A stretch of 62,230 nt of DNA, counting the filler, from Nemertoderma westbladi (lineage: Eukaryota; Animalia; Xenacoelomorpha), in the NCBI GenBank assembly GCA_032718475.1. It is 3 parts of 3 records of this genome, joined end to end, with 100 filler letters (N's around TTAATTAATTAA, not from the genome) between each part and the next. Parts side by side here need not be neighbours in the genome. Positions count along the whole stretch, not along the records: positions 1 to 19,523 come from JAUCBJ010000729.1; positions 19,624 to 44,304 come from JAUCBJ010005873.1; 1 more part is not named here. One strand, given 5' to 3'. The notes beneath the pieces were generated by a model. The model searched no databases. It saw only the letters and a program-made list of their open reading frames with translations, and had not been told where the DNA came from. The position numbers and the translations under genes were made by a program. This document shows positions 12,576-25,447 of this stretch, one piece after another. How positions within the stretch are numbered: the first letter of the stretch is position 1; each line of letters starts with the position of its first letter.

Positions 12576-13737
12576 CATGTGAGTGGTGTCTATGTGTGTG
12601 ACAGCTTACATGTGAGTAGTTGTCTATTTGAGTGGCAGCTTACATGTGAGTGGTTGTCTATTTGAGTGGCAGCTTACATGTGAGTGGTTGTCTATGGGAG
12701 TGGCATCTTACATGTGAGTAGTTGTCTATGGGAGTGGCATCTTACATGTGAGGGTTGTCTTTGTGTGGAAGCTTACATGTGAGTGGTTGTCTATGTGTGT
12801 GACAGCTTACGTGGACTGAGTGAGTGGTTGTCTATGTGAGTGGCAGCTTACATGTGAGTGGTTGTCTATGTGAGTGGCAGCTTACATGTGAGTGGTTGTC
12901 TTTGTGTGTGGCAGCTTACATGTGAGTAGTTGTCTATGTGAGTGGCAGCTTACATATGAGTGGTTGTCTTTGTGTATGGCAGCTTACATGTGAGTGGTTG
13001 TCTTTGTGTGTGGCAGCTTACATGTGAGTGGTGTGTATATGAGTGGCAGCTTACATGTGATTGATTGTCTTCGTGTGTGGCAGCTTACATGTGATTGATT
13101 GTCTTCGTGTGTGGCAGCTTACATGTGAGTGGTTGTCTATGTGAGTGGCAGCTTAGCCTACATGTGAGTTGTTTTCTTTGTGTATGGCAGGTTACATGTG
13201 AGTGGTTGTCTTTGTGTGTGACAGCTTACATGTTAGTGGTTGTCTTTGTGTGTGGTAGGTTACATGTGAGGGGTTGTCTTTTTGTGTTGTAGCTTACATG
13301 TGAGTGGTTGTCTTTGTGTGTGGTAGCATTTCATGTGAGTGGTTGTCTTTGTGTTTGGTAGCTTACATGTGATGTTGTTGTCTTTGTGTGTGGTAGCTTA
13401 CATGTGAGTTGTTGTCTTTGTGTGTGGTAGCTTACATGTGACTGGTTGTCTTTGTGTGTGGTAGCTTACATGTGAGTGATTTTCGGTGTGTGTGGTAGCT
13501 TATATGTAAGTTGTTGTATTTGTGTGTGGTAGCTTACATGTGAGTGGTTGTCTTTGTGTGTGGTACTGTAGCTTACATGTGAGTGGTTGTCTTTGTGTGT
13601 GGTAGCTTACATGTGAGTGGTTGTCTTTGTGTGTGGTAGCTTACATATGAGTGGTTGTCTTTGTGTATGGCAGCTTACATGTGAGTGGTTGTCTTTGTGT
13701 GTGGCAGCTTACATGTGAGTGGTTGTCTTTGTGTGTT
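12576..13737. repeat. 34-bp minisatellite, about 34 copies
   Basis: Unit TGG(C/T)AGCTTACATGTGAGTGGTTGTCT(A/T)TGTG(A/T)G. Period of 34 read at 12841, 12875 and 12909. Confidence 0.95.
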
Positions 13738-13844
13738 CAGTTCAGTTATGTGAAAGTATGCTATAGATAGGCTATGTTAGTGAACTACATTGTTCTTACC
13801 GGTTTTGTCAGCTAGTTTCTTTTAATCAAAGTGCATTGAATCTT

Positions 13845-14040
13845 CGGGGGCCACGCCACCTCTACGTGCGGAAATCCCACAGAGACTCACCGCCCACGGC
13901 CAGTCTACATTCTCGTACTACGGGCCTTCGTTGTGGAATGATCTACCGGGATCCATAACTCGAGCGCTGTCTCTTGTCGTATTCCAACACAACCTGAAGA
14001 AACACTTGTTAGCTCTTCTCACTTCTCACATCCACGGATA
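13845..14040 (+). mobile_element. CR1/L2-group LINE ORF2 C-terminal fragment
   Basis: Manual translation gives HGQSTFSYYGPSLWNDLPGSITRALSLVVFQHNLKKHL, followed by an AT-rich 3' UTR. Confidence 0.7.
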
Positions 14041-15069
14041 ACTCGGTGTTCACAATAACATAGCGATTTTATTACGTTTCATTTACATATAAACTTTATA
14101 TTTTATCTACCTTTTATACCTTAGCGCCTACATTTTTTTGTAAATTTATATTTTTATAACACTACACACACATATGGGCGTCAAGCTTGGATCATGCTTT
14201 TTATCTTGTAATTATTTTAGTTTTCAATATTTTCTTAGTGTAAATATGTTAATTTGGTGAGAAATGTGGTGTCAGTATCGGCGTGTTTTTTTTTTTACTT
14301 TTTTAGGATATTTTAAACAAGATCGAATTCATATTTTATGATTATTTAAATATAATTCCTACATCCACAGACAATCAAGATAGTTTTGGAAAAACTAGTC
14401 CCATCTCTCTAGTATTTTTTTCATTTGGAACTTTAAATCTATTTCTTGTTGCAACAAACTTGTTAATGGCAGTATTTATGTGCTTATTTATCAAATATCA
14501 AGAACGTTCCTTATTTTTATTTGTTAAATGCACCTGGCTTATTCATATTAATTTTGTTGTAGATTTTTTAAATAATTTTTGTGTATTTTTATTTAACTTG
14601 AGTATTATCATGCTTGTACTGTATATTATATTAAATTATGCTCTAGTTTCTGTATCAATTACGTTCTATATTCATTTTATTTCAACTGCGAATCTTACAT
14701 TGTTGTAAATATGCAATATTTAACACTTAAACTGAATTGCGTATATTACAGTAGCAATTGCATTGTGATCGCATTACTGTACTGCTGCAGTTATACAAGC
14801 CCTAACTAACTGTAGTGATATGTATTTGCAGTATTTTACTTTGGAAACCGCTAATAAACAAGTTCAAGTTCAACCACCGACCTAAGCATTCGGACTTTAT
14901 GACTTAGAATGTGTCTGTACTGTTTCAACATACCCCCGCTCCCGCTGTATGGTACAGTGAACTTGTTTCCAGTCACAGTTACCAATGGTAAGTCATTTGA
15001 TAAGGTGGTCGCCCGAACTCGAGTACCGATTCCAGAACAATGGGACAAACGTGCTATGTGCCTTGGGTG

Positions 15070-15776
15070 ACATTGTTGGATCCTTGGATCGGTAAATCCT
15101 TCGAGCAACAGTTTCGAAATTGTTTCCAACTATTACACCTTGGATAAAGACTTGCTGGTAGCGGAAAAAAGATGTTCCAGCAATTCCACACCTCAGACCA
15201 AACTTTAAATTCAGCAGAGATTTTTAAATTAATGTTCGACAATGACCTGGTCTCTATGTTGCCTGAGTTCAGCAAGGTAGTACTTATCTTAGCTGTCATT
15301 CCAGCCAAATCATGCACTCCAGAGAGGACGTTCAGTGTTCAGTCTTCTTCGGAGACTCAAAACTTATATCCGGTCCACAATGGGACAGACAAGACTCACA
15401 TACTTAGCTCTTATAAATATAGAGAGAGAATATGCCAATTCGGTCATTCGAAACTCTATGGAACGAATAATAAACATTTTTGGTAGGAGAAAGGGACGAG
15501 ACTCTTACTTCTATTAATTAGTAGGATTAATAATATTTAGACTTATTACTGTATTATATTCATTATTAATTTAGTATTATTATAATTAATGTTTACTTTA
15601 TTAATAATTTTGATTCAATTTATTCACTAATTAATTTCCTAGTTTTCGGACACCCATATTATTTTTGAAGGGGGTTGTCCGGGAAAATTTTTGTGGGGGT
15701 TCGAATTTGAGAAAGGAGGGGGGGCGAAAATTTTCACTTTGCCCCCCCCAGTCAAAATAGCTCCCGTACGCCTATG
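15070..15776 (+). mobile_element. hAT transposon 3' end: frameshifted C-terminal dimerisation domain (ZMYM1-like) and right TIR
   Basis: LPEFSKVVLILAVIPAKSCTPERTFS / LRRLKTYIRSTMGQTRLTYLALINIE. Ends in ...CCCGTACGCCTATG, a CATAGGCG-type hAT terminus. Confidence 0.8.
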
Positions 15777-16179
15777 TTTACCATGACAACCGTTGCTAGA
15801 TAGATAATAGATATTCATTGACAGTACATTTGATTTAGGTAATGTTAGCATCACAAGGTTAATATATTATAATTTTGTGTCTAATGTGTTTGCTTTTATT
15901 AAGTACAATAAGTGATATTGTTTCAGTTATGAATGAAACAATCAAAATTTGATTTACACCCTAACAATATGTATACAATACCACCATATTATAATATTAT
16001 AAAGTAATATACTATACTAATATATTGAACTTGAAGAAACATTTAATATGAATTATTAATTCTATTATTTATCAAGCAAGTTAAGTAAAAAACCTTACCG
16101 GTAGCGGTAGGTATGCAAGGACCAAAATATGTAAAAAAACAAAAAGCAACTGGACCTAGACGGTTGCATGCAATCAGTG

Positions 16180-16830
16180 ATTAGCTGACTGACTCAGCTC
16201 ACCGGTATGTTTCGCCTCGCGAGTCACGAGGGAAGGCTTTCTCAGGAAGCCAAGCCAAAAAATAACATTTAGAGTGTGAAGTCCCAAAGGGAGAAGGAAT
16301 GGGCAATGAATAAAAGAGATACCAGTAACTATCCTCTTGGGAAGCAGCACCACCACAAACTTGCACCAATCACGTTTCTGCTTGTTGATAATGGGCCGGC
16401 GCGTGCGAATATAATACATTTCAAGCTTTTGCACAATAGGCAACAAGGGGTGCCGTGCTACTTTGAAATGTTTAATAGTACACGCTAGTTAGTCAGCCAA
16501 CGTCGCAACGTGTATTGGTCGCCACGGTGTGTCTTGTCGTGATGTGGTTGTGTCCAGTTTTGCCTTGTTCTCTCCTGCCATATTTAGCAGTCCCATCCTG
16601 GTGCTGTCTAACGCGTCAAAAAGGTGCTGGATGGTGTGTCCAACATATTCCCCCCTTAACAAGAGGGACACGAGAACGAATACACGATGTTAGAAGCAAG
16701 AATATTTGGGACAGGGTCTTTCAGAGATTTGAGCAACTGGAGTAGTTTGGATGTTTTGAATACAAACCGAACTGGCCGTGTGTACGACGTTGGTATGAAA
16801 CCACGCAACATTTGCACAAACAGATCGGTT
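16180..16830 (-). mobile_element. Penelope-like element remnant: GIY-YIG endonuclease and 3' region
   Basis: KDPVPNILASNIVYSFSCPSC*GEYVGHT followed by LEMYYIRTRRPIINKQ, matching the PLE GIY-YIG pattern. Contains stops and frameshifts. Confidence 0.8.
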
Positions 16831-17049
16831 GCGAGAACTCGGTACTCATACACTTATTACAAATAATCAGTTGCAGTCAGTAGTGGCAGGATTCACAGGG
16901 TCAATGACCTCGGTGGGAACAACCGCTGGTACCCCGTCCTCACTCAAGACTATTGCTCGCACGCCCCCTGGCGGCTTGAACATCAGTGAACTCGCGTTGG
17001 ATCGTAGCATCATTATATTCTTGTAAATTTGCCATCCAGATATTTGGTA

Positions 17050-17225
17050 CTGTATCCTATGCAGAAAGAGCCCAGCATTAACTCCCATATAAGAGTACTA
17101 GTACTACTGCTGCCCCAAATAATCGAAAATTGAGATTCCGATTTATTCTATGGGACTTCCAAATCCTGGACAGACTATTAATTGCTGCCCTGCCTCCTCT
17201 TACGTATCCGAAGGTCTTTGCCCTC
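17050..17225 (-). mobile_element. RTE-clade LINE ORF2 fragment
   Basis: Manual translation SLSRIWKSHRINRNLNFRLFGAAV..VLLYGS.CW matches the RTE post-RT region. Confidence 0.55.
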
Positions 17226-17619
17226 ATAACGTATTGCATTATAACTACCGGTATAATAGTGTATTAACGTGTTTTAACAGCGCTTGCTTGGGTCTGGGGT
17301 CTTGTCGTTGTTGACATGGAATCATGTTTTATTCAAATTGCTCAAGGCTGAGAGGAGCGACACCATCCCTAATGTCGATTAGTAGGTCATGAAACTGATG
17401 AGACATTTTATGGGTATAAAATTGCACGGTTCATCACTCTGCTGCTGGACTAGTACAGGTACTGTAGAAGATCAAGATTCAAGATACAAAAAAAATACAC
17501 CGGGGTGGGAGTGAGAATACACAGGTAATTTTAACAGAGGAGTGATTTTCATGGGGATTTGTGAAAATTCTCTGATAGTTAGTAGTAGTCGAACGGTTAT
17601 GCGGCCCGTCCAGCCTATA

Positions 17620-18030
17620 ACAAACACAATTCAATAAAACAAAACAATAATAATTAATTAATAATAATACCTAATAGAAAAACCATAAGCACAAAAGTCC
17701 AAAATAATTACTTTAAGGGAGGAAAAAATAATAATATGTTATTATAATTTGTTACTCATTCAAAAAATATTCTAAAACATCATCTATTAAATTGCACAAT
17801 ACTTTTAAGTCACCATTTAGGAAAAGATCAGATAAATTTAGATAGTTAATCACAGAATATTTGTCACGAAAACTTTGAGTTAAGGGGCAAAACAAAATAG
17901 CATGGGTTTCATCTTGAACTAATTGGCCGTCGAAGGAGCAAACACGCTGTTCTCTTGGAATACGACTCCAACGACCAGTTTCAATTCTTAAAACCCGTTT
18001 GTAGTCGGGGATGAAAGGTTTTATTTGCAT
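17620..18030 (-). mobile_element. LINE 3' fragment with C-terminal Zn-binding region (RTE-X-like)
   Basis: LRIETGRWSRIPREQRVC...DETHAILFC, the same motif class as the C-terminus of the LINE at 30844-31698. Confidence 0.75.
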
Positions 18031-18166
18031 TAAAGTATTAAAGTGTTACACTAGAATGTTGTTATATAGTTAGGCCTATCAGCTTATACTGCTATACTTA
18101 CATATATCAGTATATCAGTATTATTCTTCAGTCTTATAATCCAAAATCTGACAATACAAGTACTGA

Positions 18167-18781
<615 letters not shown>

Positions 18782-19523
18782 TAGGCTATATTATTATTTT
18801 ATTGACAAATATCAGAATATATCATTTCCCGTACCGGTATCATTCATTGCACCATCACCATACGGTTACAAAATGAAACTTCAGTACATTTTAGTAGAGC
18901 ACAAATTTGTCCAACGATTACCTAACTGGGCCTAAATAATTCTAAAATAAATCTACTAACAGACTAACAGACTCTTTTTGAGTATTTCATAAAACCAAAC
19001 TCACAACGTAATTCCCTAGTACGAGGGCAGACTCTGATACCCTCCCTCGCTCTGCACAGATCGCAGATCGCATGGACAAACACGATTGGCTGGTGGGGTG
19101 CGACTCAATCTGCCCTTTTCACTGCGTAGTTCGTGCGAAAACATCCGAAAGCGAGTAAATGCTTTTCGCTGGTAGGCCTACCCGGTAGTTTGGTACATAT
19201 AGTTTACAGTGTCACGATAAACGTTGTGTGCAGTTAATCCCGGGTTAATCATGTTGCAATAAGACCAAAACTTAAAACAAAAACATTTAATTGACTCTAG
19301 GTTGTGATTAGAGATATCTTCATTACACGTACCAGTTATATACTGTACATGTATTCTTACAACATTTGCACATACAGTACCGACATAGATTAAATGTTTG
19401 AGTTATAGTTAGAGATCTGTCATCTAATTTTGAGTACTTCATGAAAAAAATTATTTTGAGCTTCAACAATAATGGCTCGTAATGATTTAATTCCAAGTTC
19501 AACCAAACAGATATTCGATCTCG

Positions 19524-19623
19524 NNNNNNNNNNNNNNNNNNNNNNNNNNNNNNNNNNNNNNNNNNNNTTAATTAATTAANNNNNNNNNNNNNNNNNNNNN
19601 NNNNNNNNNNNNNNNNNNNNNNN
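19524..19623. other. Assembly gap / artificial contig linker
   Basis: N44-TTAATTAATTAA-N44, a six-frame stop linker. Confidence 0.98.
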
Positions 19624-22297
19624 TTGATTTTCGTTGGAAACAATTTTTACTTGAGGGAAGTTGAACTTTTGAAGGAGTTGAGCTTGAGCCATCTTGAAGA
19701 AAATATAATATTATGAATAACAATAAATGTATTATAACTTTAAATAAAAAGTAAAATGGTCAATAATATTTTTGTAAGTAAAGTTCAAAGCATTGGATGG
19801 GGGTTTATAAGGGAAAGGATAACCAATGAAAATAAAAGTGAAGCTTGTGGGAACCAATAGAAATAAAAAGAGAGAGAGAGAGATGCGCTATTGGATTGAG
19901 GGAATAATAAACACATTTCATTGGGTTAATTAAATGTAAAACATTAGTTAGGTTGGGAAATGGGATGAATTGAGAAGCGGGGGAGTGCGTCAGCGAAAAG
20001 TGTGTGTAATGAATGAATGGGTATGTTAATTAATGTTATGCTAGAGCTTCCGAACAAATATTTTAGGCCTGGTATGCGTGAGGGGTTAGGCATATTTTCA
20101 AACAATAAAACTGCAGTATCTACTGTAGTAAAGAGATGGTTGGGAATTAGTTTGACACATGGCGTTTGGGCGATGGCTTTGTTGTTGAGCTAATATGCGC
20201 GTGGGCTGCTTCGCAATACAATGCGAAAGAATGCAAACTATTGCAAGAGCAGATGTTTATTCTAATTTCTCGGACGAATTGATGTAATAACGAAGCTGAA
20301 GGTTTGAATAATTTAAGCTCTGAGGCATGCCCCATTCACGCAGGCCCCATTCACGCATTGATGTTTGGGTTAGTCATGCTACGGTTAATAAGAGCCCGAG
20401 CAGCCACAGATTATTGAGGGATGACTCGGGGCCAAACTGGGGCCACTTTATTTTTGTGTGAGGGTAATTTATGTTTTGGGTTTCGATTGTGTCTTTTTAT
20501 TTAATTATACCTTTACCTACTGTATGGCAAAAATAATACAAATGTATTGTATATTGTATTGTATATTTCGTTTGCTGTAGTACAATTTATTCATCGCGCG
20601 TCCCTATCTGATTGATTTGTATCAAATTAAATTGCCTTTGGCAACATTATTTGATACAAATCGATTGATTAAACAATTAATTAATTGTTTAATCGACCAA
20701 TTAATTAATTGATTAATTAATTAATGACCTACTTAACACCCAAGGTGTGAAGTTGGTCTAACTGTCGCCAAGGATGGCAAACCATTACTACTCTAGCCGA
20801 TGAGAGAGCGAGAGGGGATGCCAGCGAACTGTTCGAGCTATGGGAATGTAGGGGTATGGAGCCTAGTGTAGTGTACATAGGGCCATACTTAGTTGATGCC
20901 AGGGGAGTTAAGTTAGTGGGTTGGGCGGGACCGCACGAGGGCGAATCCGAGGTTAACTCCGAGGATTCGGTCTCGTCGGTCGGAGGAAACCCCGGAGAGC
21001 GGGGGAAAGTTAGTAGGACAGAGGGGCGACGGGAGTCCGTCGCAACCGATAAGTCTGCTACATCCTCCGCAAAAGAAAGAAGGGTGCGGGAGATAAATCT
21101 GGCGTGTCAGCGTGAAGAGCGCGAGGCAAGAAGGGCGAGTGAGCGAAGAGAGCGCGAGGCGAGACGACTTGAGAGGGTTGCGAGAGAGACAGAGTTGGCC
21201 GAGCAAGGTTTGCGAGTGGATGGAGAGAGAGGAACGTTTGTTAATACCCCACTTTCAGGGACTGGACGACAGACCCAAGACTGATGTGACCGTACAGGCG
21301 GGGGGGGGGGGGGGGGGGGTAATAACAATAGGCTAGGAAATGTTAATATTAATAGTACTGTAGTAGATAACCCTAATCCCTTTATTACAGGAAATATTTT
21401 ACCCGGTAATTTAAATTTAAATTCAAATAATAATATAAATTCAAATATTCAGAATAATCAAAATAATTCGAATAATAATTTAAATTTAGAAAATAATAAT
21501 AATTCTAATTTAAATAACCTAAATAATAATATTGATAACGGCACTATTAATACTAATGTAGACACAGGTAGTCCGGCCAACGAGGGCCTGCAAGGCCACG
21601 TAGTCAGTAGGCAGGGAGCAACGGGGGTGGGAAACCCCAATGAGAGCCTGGTAGGCCACGCAGTTAGTGCGCAGAGAGTGGCGGGGTTGAGCCAACCCAA
21701 AGGGGGCCTGGTAGGCCACGTAGGTAGTAGGCAGGAGGTGGCGGGGTTGAGTCAACCCAACAAGGGCCTGGTAGGCCACGCAGTGGTAGAGGGAGAGGTG
21801 GGGGTGAATAGACCCAACCGCAGTAGAGACAGTGCGTCGACTAGAGAGGGGTGTAGAAGTGGAGTAAGGGATAGTGAAGTAAGATGTGGCCAGTGGGGGG
21901 GGGGGGGGGCTACGGGCGCCCCACCACAGAAGATTAGTGGCGAGGGAGGGGGGCAGAGAATTCCCCACAAGAGGGGTGTGGAAGTGTAGTAAGAGTTAGT
22001 GAAGTTAGAAGTGGCGAATGGGGGGGGGGGGGGGGGGGCTACGGGCGCCTCACCACGGAAGATTAGTGACGAGAAAAGGGGGGTAGAGAATGTCCGGCAA
22101 GAGGGGCGCAGAAGTGTAGTAAGAGATAGTGAAGTTAGAAGTAGCGGGTTGGGGGGGGGGGGGGCTACGGGCGCCCCACCACGAGAGATTGGTAGCGAGA
22201 GGGGGGGGGGGCAGAGAGTACCCCACAGGCGTCGACGGATAATGCGCGGGCCGAATTAGGTAAACCGCAACACCCGACGACAGAGAATAGTAGGGGG

Positions 22298-23113
22298 ATG
22301 GCGAGTATCCCCAGAAGTGTCCAGCCGGACAGAGTAGAGTCAGATGTTAGCGCCGAGAGTGGGCGAACAACAAAACGTCGAGCCCAGTCAGAGGAGAGAG
22401 GAAGATTAGTAGAGTTTAACCGAGAGGTCGAAGAGAGAAGAAGTGAAGATAATGGAAGAGCCATTGCTAGGAGCAACCGAAGTGCGAGGACGGATAGCGA
22501 GCCGTCGATAGTAGAGATGGAGTTAGGGAGTCAGTGGGGTCGAACTTCGGGAGCTTGCCGTCGCCCCGGAGAAACGCACCGCACGCCAAGAGAGGGGTAC
22601 GGGACGTACCGATACAAAGTCGTGAACAGGAGTGGGGATCGAAGAGAAGCTTCCCGATGGGATATAGCTGTCGATCGAGAGTACGGTAGTCGCGGGGAGA
22701 TTCGAGATTTGCGAAGATTAAACTTCGGTTCGGAAGGGCACATGCAGACTGCAGCACATACTGTAGGCCTTACTGCACATACTATTATAGGCCATGCTGG
22801 GAGAGATAGAGTAGGCGATAGGGCAGCATGGACGACGGGATTAAACCCGGAAGTTGCGGAGTACATACCGGTAGGTAGGCGAGAAGTAGATAGGCCTATA
22901 TCGGTACCGGTACAGCAGCATGATTATAATATCCAGGGGCACAACAAAGACCCGGTTGAGGGGGATATTGCAGATAGATGGATGGGCCCCAATATATTAA
23001 CATCAACCCCAGTACCAAACATAACACTGGTGGGGGGGGGACAGGGTGACATTCCCCCATTACAAAATATCCGCAGTATAAACAACCAAGAACAAGCTAG
23101 AGGAAACAAGTAG
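22298..23113 (+). CDS. Orphan R/E/G-rich ORF of the LTR element (segment of a probable gag-like ORF broken at poly-G runs)
   Basis: Homologous to ORF 43685-44212 (-) with only frame-preserving indels. The frame is also open upstream (ASTDNARAELGKPQHPTTENSRG). Confidence 0.45.
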   Translation: MASIPRSVQPDRVESDVSAESGRTTKRRAQSEERGRLVEFNREVEERRSEDNGRAIARSNRSARTDSEPSIVEMELGSQWGRTSGACRRPGETHRTPREGYGTYRYKVVNRSGDRREASRWDIAVDREYGSRGEIRDLRRLNFGSEGHMQTAAHTVGLTAHTIIGHAGRDRVGDRAAWTTGLNPEVAEYIPVGRREVDRPISVPVQQHDYNIQGHNKDPVEGDIADRWMGPNILTSTPVPNITLVGGGQGDIPPLQNIRSINNQEQARGNK

Positions 23114-23260
23114 GGTGAGCTAGAGGAGAAAGATGGGAGAGATGAGAAGGGTACAGGGGGTGCGTTGAACAAAGTAGGGCACGGGCGTGATGACGTGCTT
23201 GATGTAAGAGCAGGGTATGTTAATTAGGGTTAGTATTAGCAGTGTAGAGGTAGTAGTAGA

Positions 23261-23655
23261 GTGGTTGTGGGCACCGCAAGCGCCACGTAGATAGAGGTAG
23301 AGTTAGTAAGAGGGTACGTAGTACCGGTTGTGGTTGTGGGCACCGCAAGCGCCACGTAGATAGAGGTAGAGTTAGTAAGAGGGTACGTAGTACCGGTTGT
23401 GGTTGTGGTCACTGCAAGTGCCACATAGATAGAGGTAGAGTTAGTAAGAGGGTACGTAGTACCGGTTGTGGTTGTGGGCACCGCAAGCGCCACGTAGATG
23501 GAGGTAGAGTTAGTAAGAGGGTACGTAGTACCGGTTGTGGTTGTGGGCACTGCAAGCGCCACATAGATGGAGGTAGAGTTAGTAAGAGGGTACATAGTAC
23601 CGGTTGTGGTTGTGGGCACCGCAAGCGCCACGTAGATGGAGGTAGAGTTAGTAAT
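23261..23655. repeat. 69-bp tandem repeat, about 6 copies, inside the LTR element
   Basis: Period of 69 (CACCGCAAGC at 23272, 23341 and onward). Confidence 0.95.
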
Positions 23656-23769
23656 AGTCCACACAATTAACATACCCACTTTGCCGGCACTCAGAGCGTC
23701 GCGTGCAGGTAGAGGAGTTAGTGAGAGTAGTGAGAGGGTAGGTAGTACCATTAGCTAGAGAAGTTAGTA

Positions 23770-24015
23770 GAAGTAGTAAGAGGGTACGTAGTACCATTAG
23801 TAAGAGAGTTAGAAGTAGTGAGAGGGTACATAGTACCGTTAGTAAGAGAGTTAGAAGTAGTAAGAGGGTACGTAGTCCCGTTAGTAAGAGAGTTAGAAGT
23901 AGTGAGAGGGTACGTAGTACCGTTAGTAAGAGAGTTAGAAGTAGTAAGAGGGTACGTAGTACCGTTAGTAAGAGAGTTAGAAGTAGTAAGAGGGTACGTA
24001 GTACCGTTAGTTGAG
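23770..24015. repeat. 42-bp tandem repeat, about 6 copies
   Basis: AGAGGGTACGTAGTACCGTTAGTAAGAGAGTTAGAAGTAGTA with period 42. Shares the AGAGGGTACGTAGTACCG core with the 69-bp unit. Confidence 0.95.
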
Positions 24016-25447
24016 AGAGTTAGAGAGTCAGTAGAGTTAGTGGAGGTAGAGAGCCAGTAGAGTTAGAGAGACAGTAGAGTTAGAGAGTCAGTAGAGCCAG
24101 GGAGTTAGTAGAGCTAGTGGAGTTAGCAGAGTTAGTAGAGCTAGTGGAGTTAGCAGAGTTAGTAGAGCTAGTGGAGTAGAGTTAGTAGGGAGTAAATGGA
24201 GTTAGCAGAGCTAGTTGACTAGACTTAGTAGAGAGTTAGTAGCGGAGTTAGAGGTAGTAGTAGAATTAGAGTTAGCAGAGTTAGTTAGATAAGAAGTTAG
24301 TAAGTAGATAGTATGATAGCACAGGGGCAAACATGGGTGAAACAAAATAAGAATGAAAGTTAAGAATATCAGGATCACCTCCGAACTACAGAAGGGCCTT
24401 CTAGGTGGCCTTCGGAGGTCTGGTAGACCACCCGGGGCTGGAGGGCGAGTCGGTGTAATACAACAGCCGGCATCTAGTAGACAGGGAGGTGGATACACAA
24501 GAGAGCTGGGAGAAGTTGGAAGCGGATAGACTGGAGGGGAAGCGACTGGAAGAAGTCGCCAGGCGAGAAAGGCAGAGAGAGAGTAGTGGGTAGTAGGAAT
24601 GAAGCGTTATGTAGACGACCATATAATATAATACATATAATAATAATAATTATAATATTATAAAAAAAAATTATATAATAATTCGTATACATATTATACA
24701 GTATGTACCGTAGTCAAGCACAACCTTTTCCAATTAGCTACTGGGACTGGGGACTAATTGACTAGGGCGACAGGACGGGACTTAGGCGGCTCCCACTAAC
24801 ATGATGTACACATGTGTGGGACCCGATAAGTGTGTGGTCATTGAACAACAGGGCGGAGTTCAGGATTTACTGTGAAAGCTCGTATAATGCGGGATAAGAA
24901 TCGTGCAGATGGGCACTACCGGGATACGAGTAGGACGGGCACTTGGTGGGACCACAGGCGTGGAGAGTGAGGAGTATGAGAGGAGTATGAGGGGAGTATG
25001 AGAGGAATGTGAGAAGAGTATGGAAGGAGAACGCAAGAGAGATAGCGAGAAGTGGTGTGGAGATAGCGCAGGGAGAGTGTGGGTGCAATTCAAGTGTGGG
25101 GGGGGGGGGGAGAAGCAAGAGGCAGAGTGAGGGACGAGGAGGTCCGAGAGTATGTAAGAGTTAGGGTGAAAGTGGAGGAGAGTTAGGGCGAAAGTGTTGG
25201 GAAAACAAATATTGTGTGAGTGAAGCGCACGATCGGCCCAACACGGGACGCCAGATGTCTTGGTGCAAGATAGGTAGAGTTGTACCAAGACGGGGTAGTA
25301 ATATCATACCCATAGGGAGCGGCCTGGAAAGCCAGCTCCGGAAAAATAGTTCCACCCCACACCCGATACTAGATCGGGATCCAGCGGAGTTGTAGCGCAC
25401 TAGAGGTGGATGCTATCTTCTCACCGGGAAGATAGCATGGGGGGGAG

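Noticed and set aside
19568-19579. TTAATTAATTAA palindrome within Ns (also 44349-44360)
   Set aside because: Identical artificial linker in both gaps, not biological.
23236-24060. Mucin-like (PTTTTGTTYPLTNSTS) and VVRGYVVPLVRELE repeat ORFs
   Set aside because: They arise from the 69-bp and 42-bp tandem repeats (unit lengths divisible by 3), with no independent coding evidence.
25305-25400. Resemblance to 5S rRNA (Cassandra-like)
   Set aside because: Only two short motif similarities, and they are in the wrong order for 5S.
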